A stretch of 64,000 nucleotides of DNA, taken from positions 62,001 through 126,000 of the forward strand of contig JAVECO010000036.1 of NCBI GenBank assembly GCA_051942205.1. Reading direction: 5' to 3'. The first letter of the stretch is position 1. Each line of letters starts with the position of its first letter. The position numbers and the translations under genes were made by a program. Source of the stretch: Coniocarpon cinnabarinum. Its lineage: Eukaryota. The notes beneath the pieces were generated by a model. It had not been told where the DNA came from, did no database searches, and saw only the letters and a program-made list of their open reading frames with translations. Below are positions 37,723-47,852 of this stretch, one piece after another.

Positions 37723-39793
37723 ATGCTATCCCTGATCACTGCCTGTATCCCAGCTGCTGTGGCTCTGGCGCAGTATGCGGACACGCTTCAGGCGCACGAC
37801 TTGATCGGCGACTACTTCGGCCTTCCATTCGAGAACGCGACATTTGACTATGTCGTGATCGGTGGCGGCACAGCTGGTCTCGCCATGGCGAACCGGTTGT
37901 CAGCCAATCGTACCATCAGCGTCGCCGTGGTCGAGGCAGGGAGCTGGTCGGAGTTGGATAACGGCAACCAGACAGCCATTCCGGGCTACGCTGCGGTTTT
38001 GTCTGGCACTGCCCCAACACTCAAGAACAATCGCATTGACTGGGATTATCAAACTATCAATGAGACGGTATGAGAAGACCGTCAAGCTCTCACATGACCA
38101 AGCTGTCTAAGGCATTCTGACTAGGGTCTTGGACGGTCCATCTTCTATACTTCCGGCAAGACGCTAGGCGGAGGCAGTGCGCGTAACTACATGGTGTACA
38201 CGAGGCAGGTAGGCGACGCTTTGCCGCTGACACTGCGCTGACCGTCCGAAAGGGGATCCACTGGCTCGTACCAGCTGTGGGCTGATCAAGTCGACGATCA
38301 GAGCTATACGTTTGGCAACCTTCTTCCCTACTTCCAGCGTTCCGTGACGTACAAGGGTTCCGATGGCTCCAAGAGGGCTCCTAACGCATCGGTGAGCGCC
38401 GCAGCAGAGTCTTTCGGCACCAATGGACCTGTTCAGGTATCGCACACCAATTGGGCAAACGCGTTTGCGTCGTGGGCGCAGCGAGGCCTTGCTCAGGCAG
38501 GATTTCGCAGCATCTCCGATTTCGTTTCTGGAGACCTGTTAGGCCAGCAATATGCTGCGTTCCAGCTTGACTTGGAAACCCAGACAAGATGCAGCTCAGA
38601 AGTCGCTTATCTTCGGCCAGCGCTTCAATCTCCACGACTCCTTACTCTCTACACGTCCAGCTTGGCCGAACGCATACTCTTCGATGACAAAAGAGCAGCG
38701 GGGGTAGCAGTATCATCTGCCGGTATGAGGATCGTCCTTCATGCGCGTCGTGAAGTGATCCTCTCGGCCGGTGCGCACCGCTCACCTCAGCTTCTGATGC
38801 TTTCTGGTATTGGGCCGCAGGAAACCTTGAAGAGCTTCAGTATCGCGCCACTTGCTGATCGCCCAGGTGTGGGTCAAAATCTGCAGGTAGGGTCTGGGAT
38901 GCAAGCGCGTGTGACCAGCCACAGCTCATGCATTCCTGCAGGATCAGCCTTTCTACGGTATCTCGTATCCAGTCGATCTGACCACACACACGTCCCTCAC
39001 CACTTCGCCCGATTTTGCCGCGCAGCAAGCTACGGCGTACGCCCAGTCTCGGACTGGCATGCTGACCAACACTGGCTCAGATTTTCTTGCGTGGGAGAAG
39101 CTACCTCGTGATCTGCGTGCGGCGCTTACGCCGGAAACCCAGCATGCGCTTGAAGCTCTGCCCTCTGATTGGCCCGAAGTACTCTACACTGTAGTGGATG
39201 CCTTCAGCGGTGACGGCAGGAGTCCTCTTACTGCCACTCCCGTCGACGGTCGCCAGTATGGCTCCATCCTGCTTACTCTTGTGGCTCCCTTCAGCCGCGG
39301 CAATGTGACCCTGGGCTCCAATGACGCGTCACACAATCCCATCATCAACTCTGGTCTGCTGAGCGACCCGAAGGATCAGGAAGTTGCCGTGCAGGCCTTC
39401 AAACGTATCCGAGACATGTTCAACACCTCATCAATACGCGAGGTTGTCACTGGTCCAGAAGTCTTTCCTGGCGCACATGTAAGTAGGGATGAAGAAATAC
39501 GAGCATCTATCCGAAACGGTGCAAGCCCAATTTGGCATGCAAGTTCCACAAACAAAATGGGCCCGGCAACAGATCCCTTTGCCGTGGTCGATTCTCGTGC
39601 GAGGGTACACGACGTAGATGGCTTACGAGTTGTGGATGCGAGCGCCTTCCCGTTTCTGCCTCCGCAGCACCCTAGTTCTTTAGTGTGTAAGTATCCAACA
39701 ATAGCTGTGCTATCAGGCGTATGACTATAAGCTGATGCCCGATATGCAGACGCGCTTGCTGAGAAAATTGCGGCAGACATTTTGGATTCGTGA
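37723..39793 (+). CDS. Secreted GMC oxidoreductase (PatE / versicolorin B synthase-like); 5 exons
   Basis: Signal peptide MLSLITACIPAAVALA, FDYVVIGGGTAG, GKTLGGGSARNYMVYTRG, SPQLLMLSGIGP, catalytic IWH and PPQHP (His/His pair). Introns start at 38068, 38205 (GC donor), 38887 and ~39687. Confidence 0.9.
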
Positions 39794-40021
39794 TTAAACA
39801 GACAGTAAGACGCTTACTGATAGTAAATGAGCTGACTTGGAAACCGACATGTAAAATCAAAGAAATAGCTTAGTGGCAGTGAGTGGATCGCCGTTCTGAG
39901 AGATTGCCTGTTGTTCTTTAGTCTTAATTGATCCACGAGACGGGCACAGATGTGTCCTAAATGAGATCCGGCAACGCCAGAACTTATGAAGCAAGCTCCA
40001 AGTTAGTGATAATGGAGAACT

Positions 40022-43000
40022 CTACACTCCCCAGCTTCTCAGCCAACTATCGATCAGCTCTGCACTGACGGGCCGCATTGTTGCGAAAGTAGGGCTCATA
40101 TCACTGGCTTTGTCGGTTCCGAAGCTTGGCTGGATAGTGTTGCCATCGGACAAAGTGTCTTTCAGATGCTCAAACCAAGGCATCATGCGTGTAATCATTG
40201 ACATGACGTGGTCAGAGATCGCGCTCACTTTACCCTTGTGGGAATCTGATCCAGCTTCAATCGTAGATAGATGATCGACCCAGACCGACAGTTGCACAGC
40301 ACCAAGATCCTGATTCCCTGGTCGAGCACGAACGACATCGAGCAGCATCTGACCCGGTGATGGATGGGGATGCACTATGTTAAACACGCAGTGTTTGACA
40401 GTCAAGCTTGAAAGCGCTAGCTCGCTAATGATATGACCTACAGTGTCAACGGGGATCCAGTCTATGTCTGCAAAGCCGACCGGTAGCATTCCGACAGCTT
40501 TAGAGATCTTGACCATGGCAGGAATCCATTCCGTATCACCCCATGAGGTTTCACTGCTGGGCACGACCGACTCGTAGGTGCTCGGACCCGCTATCTGCCC
40601 AATGCGCAGGACCGTGATTGGTGTGTTCGTAGCACGACCCAATTCTAGGAGCACCCGCTCAGCCACTTGCTTGGACTGCCCGTAACCAAGAGGAGAGCAA
40701 GCCTGATAGACAAAGTCGGTTCTGTGCTCGCAAATGTCTCTTGAGAAGACTTCCGGTACGCGCTGCCCTGGGTAGACATGTTCCCAATCTTGTAGCGACG
40801 CAATAGAGGAGCAGAAAACCAATCGAGCATTGTGCTTGCTGTGCACGCAGAACTCATGCATTGTTCGCACTGATTGCAGATACGGATCCACAAAGGAGGA
40901 GAGTGGTAGACTGAAATCAACTTTCCAGGCGTTGTGGATGATGACATGAACACGCTCCTGCAACATTGTCCAATCTGCATTGCTCAGGCCAAGCTTGGGA
41001 GCCGAGAGATCAATGGTGTAGAATTCAAGGTGTGCGTCAATCCAGTCCTTACCGAAGCCGCGTGCCTGAAATATTGATTGTAGTTGACGTCGCCCATCTG
41101 CAGAGCGATTTAGACAATGCAACTTGACAACTCGCTTGTTGTGGAGGAGACTGCGGGCGATCTGAGGACCCAGCGAACCACGTGGTCCTAAGAGAACGAC
41201 CTCAATGTCGGTCTGTGGTAGCTGTGGCTGTGACCTTTCAAGCTTTGTAACTTGATGTGAAGAGAGGACTTGAGAAAGCACAGATTTCATTGTATTGACG
41301 TCTTTCGAAGGGCGGTCGTCAAGAACACCAGGCTTGCAGAAGATTTTTGCAATCGCATCAGCAAGGGCGGAAATGGTTGGGAAGCGATAGAGAAGTCTCA
41401 ATGAGATTTTAGTGGTGAGTGATCCAAACGTTGGATGCAATCGAATACGGATTTGACGCGCGAGCTCAGCCATGCCTGCTGAGTCTAGGCCAACGTCGAA
41501 AAAGGACCCGGACGTCGCATCTACTTCTGAGAACTCAGACTTCAAGCAACTAATGATCGCCATTTGGATGATTGGCTTCGTGTCCTCGATTGAAGTTGGC
41601 ATGAGGATGTCCCTGTCTTGTGGCTCATTCGAGCCTTGATGAGCGGGTGCAGTGTTATCAAATACCCCTGCAATCTCGTCGCTATACAGATCTGTGGTGA
41701 GCTTGCGTATCACCGTTCCTTAACACAAATCATATCAGTGTTGTGTTACTTGGTTATGGACAGCGACGTGTCTCCACGACTTACCCTTTGCAGCCCGCAA
41801 AAATGGTTTCTGGGGCGTTGCGACGATGATCTTCGACCGACTTATCCGGCCATATTGAGGCGCAATCTCGTTCGCTTGCTCGACAGACGACCATAAAGAA
41901 TTAATAAAATGATCGACATCTAAGTGTGCTAACGAATTTGCAGGTTCTACCAGCAGCACAGGCTGTGGTCGACCTTGGCCGGCGATGAGCGCCCCGGAAA
42001 CCAAAGGATGACCCTGAACAAGAATTTCCATACGGACCGGCTGAAGCTTGAGACCGCTCGACATCACTACCAAGTCGTCCAATCGCGAAGAAAATTGCCA
42101 GAGCTGGGGCTTGCTTGGATGCCGGATGAATAAGTCTTTCGTGCGCCATGTCTTTACACCAGGCATATTATGAGTTAAAGCACGCCGCCAGGCCAACTCT
42201 GGGCGCTGATGCAGTACGAGCTCATAAGTGCCGTCGCCTTGGTCTTGCATATCGCATTCCTCGTATGGATTGAACTCCAAATATTGCCATTCACCTATTC
42301 CAGGCACGAGCAGTTGCACGCCTGCAGTCTCCAGCGAGCCATACGTCTGGCAAACGGTTGTGTATTTTTCAAGCTGAGCTCCCAGCGCAGGGGCCAGTGG
42401 ACCGCCTCCGAAAATGATAAAGTCTAAATTTCGAGCTTGCTGCATCACCTCCGGCTCCGCCATCCACTGTTCAATGATTGCGGGGGGTAGATATAGAGCT
42501 CGAACGTGTTGGTACGTAAGGATTTCCTTCACAAGCGGCCCACTGGGGACGACTCCTTGAGGCCCAAGCACTAATGTAGCACTTTCGGAAAATATGGGAA
42601 GCGACACATAGGATTGGATTCCAGCGAGGTGAAATGGAGGGAACGGAGGGTAGAATCGACCTCCTTGCTCTCCAAAGTCGAAAAGACTTGCGTTCTGGGC
42701 CCTCCTGCCAGCCGGTAAAGGTATGTTGCGGCTACTGTCCACGACGGCGAACGAGCCATGCGTCATTTGTACTAACTTTGGACATCCTGTGGATCCTGAG
42801 GAATGCAACACTAATACTGGATCATTCACGGCTTCTACAAAGCTCTTATTGTATTCCATGTTCGGGACATCTTGCGCAATGTTGATGAAGTCTTGCAAGG
42901 GAATGACTTCCTCTTTCAGTCCAGTGTAACCCGACTGAGTGATCTCTTTGATTGTACTCTCTACCCTTTTGGAGTAAAGGAGCACTTTGCACTTGGTCTC

Positions 43001-43402
43001 TGATATCATATGGAAGTTTTGCTCGGGTCGATTGCGGGAGGAGACGAGCAGAGTTCTCCATCCGCACTTGACCGCCGCAAGGATAATTATGGTGTAGCGC
43101 ACATCGGCGGTGCCAATGTAGCAAAGTGTGTCGAAATTCTCTGATCGACCAAGGCGATCAGCTATCCACCAGGCCATCCTGTTGACAGCTTGGCTGAGAG
43201 TGGCCATGTCCATCTCAACGTATCCCTGTGTAACATCGTTGTTGCGAGGGAACGCTGCAAAAACCCGATGCGGCGCCGACCGCGCGTGCTCATCGACGAT
43301 TTGACATAAGATTCGCCTCCCGAAGCACGCGTGTGGCGCGCGAGCGACCACGTTCAAGGGTGTGTGGTGCATTGCTTTTGGACTTGCGCCCACGGTAGGC
43401 AT
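40022..43402 (-). CDS. NRPS-like enzyme, adenylation-thiolation-reductase (A-T-R; fungal carboxylic acid reductase type); 2 exons
   Basis: A motifs LHSSGSTGCPK, YGSLET, RTKDLF, RLDD and RAAKG|TVIRK across intron 41784-41719. T motif FFDVGLDS. R domain LGPRGSLG, IIHNAWKVDF, GYGQSK, LRIGQIAG. Confidence 0.93.
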
Positions 43403-43988
43403 AGATGCCGTTTAGATTTTGAGTCGATGCTGGCAGGAGTCTGTAGTTTGAAAAAGTACTGAAAGCAGTTCAAGGCTGGCAAGATCCCTTTTCGGAAGCT
43501 CTTCAAACGCAAGCCGCACCCATGGCTATGCGCGTGGGACGGGTGTCAGTGGACGAGCATGTAAGCATGGACCACCCGAGGCAGATTTTCCGCGAGTACA
43601 ACACAGCTGTGTGTCCGATGCTGACCGCACGCAGCTGCAGCGGGACTCACGCTGGTCTCGGCACTTTGTGCGGAGATCTCTGTATAGTGTGAGAAACGCA
43701 TTCACACCGCCAATCATTCCCAAAATGGAACGAAATCCTTTCTGCTAATTAATTGAGGACGCCACCTTCCTGCCTACTTATCTTGATACACTAGCGCGAG
43801 GCGTCCAGGTATGTGGTGTGCTATGTGGTGTAGGCTGACTCTGGTCGCTGAATCGAAGACTGAGGCGTAGTCATGCCTCGGCCGATGATCGTCGATGCTG
43901 CTCTGGCCCGGTCTAAAAGTAAGCTATAGGCAGCGCCAATAGTTTTGGTGATGCGAGAAACCTACACAGACAGCGAGGCTTTGGCGCC

Positions 43989-44918
43989 ATGACTAGAAGA
44001 ATATCATCTCTGGCAGCTACCTTTCAAAAGGTGCGACATTTGACATATTCATTGTGGTTGTTCACCTCCTCGGACATCAAGACCATCATAGTCCCTACCA
44101 CGATCTTTGGAGTTGCCAATGCTGCAGCTGCTCCGCAATTGGGACAACCTACCACTATTGGGCTATACCCATCACAACTCGTCCTCTGCTCCCTTCGGGT
44201 TCTCCTCTGGACGTGGTCGATACTCCTGCCTTTTGCCATCAACAACCAAGCACAAGATGCCAGCATTCTGGAAGACGCAATCAACAAGCCTTGGCGTCCA
44301 CTGCCTTCTCGACGATTATCCCAGCGGCAAGCTCGTTTCCTCATGCTGTTCTTTTACGCAGTGTCCTTCTTGTCAAGCTGGATGCTGGGAGGCGTCCGTC
44401 AGTGCACCATCGGCATGATTCTCGGAGCGTGGTACAACTACTGGAGTGGCTCGGATGTCAATCCCGCCATCAGAAATGTCATCAACGCGCTCGGATTTAT
44501 CACATTCGCGTCCGGGGCACTGGAGGTCGCCCTGCGCTCTCCTCTTCTCTTTACATATGAGACTGCAGCGTGGCTAGCACTCATCTTCTTGGTCATGGTG
44601 ACAACAGTACATTCCCAGGACATGTCTGATCAAGCGGGAGATGAGCAGCGGGGACGTCGGACTGTGCCACTTGTGTTCGGGGACGACAAGGCTAGGATCG
44701 CATTGATCATTGCCATGTGCATGTGGGGCATGCTCTGCCCCATTTTCTGGCAGACATCGCTTACTGTCGCCCTTGTATTCTTCTCCATATCCATCTTCAT
44801 CTCGTGGCGTTGTAGGACCGTGCCCGGAGAGGAGGGCGACGTGAGGACGTTTCGCATCTGGTGCGGATGGGTGACGCTCTTGTATACTTTGCCGCTTTCT
44901 AAACAGTTTGATTTCTGA
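43989..44918 (+). CDS. UbiA-superfamily integral membrane enzyme of the Fma-TC-like group; probable terpene synthase
   Basis: Intronless, 309 aa, multiple TM helices. Motifs SLWLFTSSD, NNQ...EDAINKPWRPLPS, WYN and HSQDMSDQAGDEQRGRRTVPL are the two Asp-rich Mg/diphosphate sites of UbiA proteins. Confidence 0.85.
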   Translation: MTRRISSLAATFQKVRHLTYSLWLFTSSDIKTIIVPTTIFGVANAAAAPQLGQPTTIGLYPSQLVLCSLRVLLWTWSILLPFAINNQAQDASILEDAINKPWRPLPSRRLSQRQARFLMLFFYAVSFLSSWMLGGVRQCTIGMILGAWYNYWSGSDVNPAIRNVINALGFITFASGALEVALRSPLLFTYETAAWLALIFLVMVTTVHSQDMSDQAGDEQRGRRTVPLVFGDDKARIALIIAMCMWGMLCPIFWQTSLTVALVFFSISIFISWRCRTVPGEEGDVRTFRIWCGWVTLLYTLPLSKQFDF

Positions 44919-45492
44919 AATGCAAGTGTGCGACTTTCTATCCGATGTGAGCAGCAAGTGCTTGGGTTGGTTTCAACTTGATAAGACATCTTGCAGTAGA
45001 TATAATCCCACTCGTCCAAATGATTCAATTTTGCGTGTTTCATGTCCGATTCTTGAGTACGTGACGTGGAAGTTGCAATGTGTATTCTTGTGCAGGTCCG
45101 CCAAGGTTTGCTTTGAAATTCACCTCGTTGAAGTCGGTGACAAAATAATTTTGCGGGCAACCGCCCTTGGACCTTTGCAAGAGGAAAGGTTGTGTTCCAT
45201 GGAGTGCGCAGTGTTCGGGGATGACATGTCGCTCATTAGTCTCTAAGCTGCTGCAAGATAGGCTGGCAAAGAAAACGATCAAATAAAGGTCGTAAATCTG
45301 CGCTGAGGGCAAGCCGGTTTATGGGTCCCAAGAACTAGTATCTATCACGTGATTTGGAGGTCAGCCTGTCTGCTGCGCGCGGCACTCAAGTCTCCTGAAG
45401 CCACTGCAATCTCACGATCACACACCCTGCAAATAGGTATCGAGCATCGGGACAACGCTGCATCACTGCAAGATGCACGAGAGCTTCGCCTT

Positions 45493-47585
45493 TCAAGCGT
45501 TGATCATCATTTGCCAAAGTCCACGGGCTCTCTCTGCTACATTCAATCCAAATGCAAAAGCCGTCATTCCACCAACGAAGGCAACCCGTTTCTCCTCCGC
45601 TCCTTTGATATGATCGTGCTCTTTGCTAGTCCGGTAATCTAGCCGCGTGGGTATTGATGTCTTCAACAAGCTTCCAAAACGGTCATAGTTGTAGCTTTTG
45701 ACGTTGCAAAGTGACCGCAAGCCTTCTGGCCCGTTGAAGCGACCATATCCGCTCCCCCCGGCTCTGCCCGCAGCTGGTGACCCTCCAAAGGGGAGGCTGC
45801 AGAGGTATGCCGATGCGAAGTCGTTTTCGCATATCATGCCAGCTCTTACGTCCTTGACCACCTTTTTTATCTCGTATGATCCAGGTCGGCCGAATACGGA
45901 TGCCCCAAGAGCGTAGTCTGTGTCATTTGCGAGGTCAATGACCTGATCCAGTGTAGACGCAGCCCTTTCATGGAAGACAAGCATGATGGGCGAGAAAAGT
46001 TCCGTCTTTGCGATGGCCATTTCTGGCGTGACACGACTCAAGAGTGTTGGGGCAAAATAGTAGCCGTTCGGATAGCGTGGGTGTCGATAACGATGACCAC
46101 CGCAGTGGATATGAGCGCCCATCTCCCAGGCTTTCTTCACAAGCATTTCGAGCTCGTCGAATCTTTCGTCGGAGATGCATGCTCCGACATCGATTTCGTC
46201 TTGGCTAGACGGGTCCAAGGGATCTCCAACCTCAAGAGCGCGGACCCTTGCCTCCAGCATTTTTAATAACTTTCCAAGATGGCGAGGTTGTATGATGATG
46301 CGCTCAATTCCAATGCAATTCTGCCCGGCAGCTTGAAAGACGCCTCTTGTGAGGATACTCGCGATCCTTCCCAGATCGTCTTCAGGGGTGTTGTCGAGGA
46401 CGATTGCTGGGTCTTTACCGCCTAGTTCCAGACGGACTTGCGTCAGATTCTCTGCGGCACTGAGAGCTACCGTTCGCCCGATATCGTACGATCCAATGAA
46501 GGTCAAGTGGTTAAGGAGAGGGTGCTTCGTCAGATACTGGGCTTCTGCTGGCCAACAATTGATTAGTTGAACGACATCGGCAAGGCCGGGACGCTGTGGT
46601 ATGGCTGCGCGGATCGCCTGACGAACTATGCTGACAAAGTAATCTGAAGAACAAGCCACGCGCTCTGAAGGTTTCAAGACTATCGCGTTACCCGTTGCAA
46701 GTGCGGCAAAGATAGGATGCATTATATTGTGCAGCTGCACGAGGATGTCAGCAGACCATCTAGCCACACATGGAGTGATTCTCATGCTTACTGGGTAACT
46801 GTAAGTCATTAGCTCAGGCTTCGAGGGATGGTAATGCAATTCACATACTTCCAGGAAGTGATTGCTGCAACAATTCCTAAGGGCTCGTAGAGAACTTTGT
46901 TTCTTTTGTGTAGCATGAGCAAATTTGTTGGCCGTGGCTCTGGTTTCAGGGATTCTTCAGCATATTTGATGGTCCACGAGAGTTTCTCAATTGTGGCCAA
47001 ATATTCGCCCATCATTGCATCTGTTCGAGTTTTGCCACTATCAATGCAAGCTGCGTAGCACACAGATTCCCGATTGTCCATTATGTGTCTAGCATCTCAG
47101 CGCCGGTCTGCTCCACAAAAGCGTCTTAGGAACACTCACTTCTGGATTGTCTTCAATACCTTGCGCTTGGCTGCCCAGGAAACTCCTTGCCAGTCTTTCT
47201 GCGCGTGTTTCGCTCGTGACATGCATTCATCGATATCTTGGCAGCTAGCAGCTTTGATCTGTGCGAGCCACTTGCCAGTCGCAGGAGCATAGCATTGTAT
47301 CCGTGGAGGAGATGATTGAGAGTCTGTCGTCTCCCCGTCATCTTTGAGACATGCATACAATGATGGGAGCAGGTTGACGGAAGGAGGTGTACAAATGAAT
47401 CTCACTGGCTTTTCACCTCCGTCCGAAGAGCGCAAATGAGAAATGAAAAGGGCGGCAATCCAGAAGCCCAATAGAATTGTCGATGTCGTAGCAATCACCG
47501 CGGTTCCGATGAAATGCGGTTGGACGTCGCTCAGGGAAGGAGATACCTTTGAGGGGCCCTCTTCGGACTTCAACAGGCCATTCAT
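45493..47585 (-). CDS. MSC7: Aldehyde dehydrogenase, Msc7-like, with N-terminal membrane anchor; 4 exons
   Basis: CYAPATG, YEPLGIVAAITSWNYP (completed by a 7-nt exon), LKPSE, FIGS, LELGGKDP, catalytic GQNC, ELFSP, LPFGG...SGYGRF. Orthology is from memory and the start is uncertain. Confidence 0.85.
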
Positions 47586-47837
47586 TGTCGCAGAGCACGA
47601 TGATCCAAAAAAGCACTGCCAACGAATCGTTTAGGCGCGTTAGTTTTATCAAGCTCTAAATTGCGTGACCAATCACTGCTTGTGGCTCCTAGTATTTAGC
47701 ATGAAATCCGCATCAGAAAGACACTGGTTCTTGTCAATCTGGCGGCTGACATATCTTCGTCGGTCTCAGTGGTACATGTTACGTCTTTCGCCTGCTGGCA
47801 TCATGCTCATTCTAAAGTAAACAGGGATTGATGCTAG

Positions 47838-47852
47838 TTAGGGTTAGGGTTA
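47838..47852 (+). repeat. Short interstitial telomere-type repeat, (TTAGGG)2 plus TTA
   Basis: TTAGGGTTAGGGTTA read directly from the sequence. Confidence 0.6.

Larger units (their letters stand above)
28675..44918. other. Putative secondary-metabolite biosynthetic gene cluster (7 genes)
   Basis: Contiguous P450, PTH11-like, GMC, BBE-like, GMC, A-T-R and UbiA-like genes with short spacers and three divergent pairs, flanked by housekeeping-type genes. Confidence 0.8.

Noticed and set aside
32528..43988. Shared CGTGGG motif in the three divergent cluster spacers
   Set aside because: Only four copies of a 6-mer in GC-rich spacers; not distinguishable from chance without motif statistics.
45493..47585. 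ALDH as a core cluster member or aldehyde-detoxifying enzyme
   Set aside because: It looks like the widely conserved Msc7-type ALDH. Adjacency alone is insufficient, so it is treated as the cluster border pending co-expression data.
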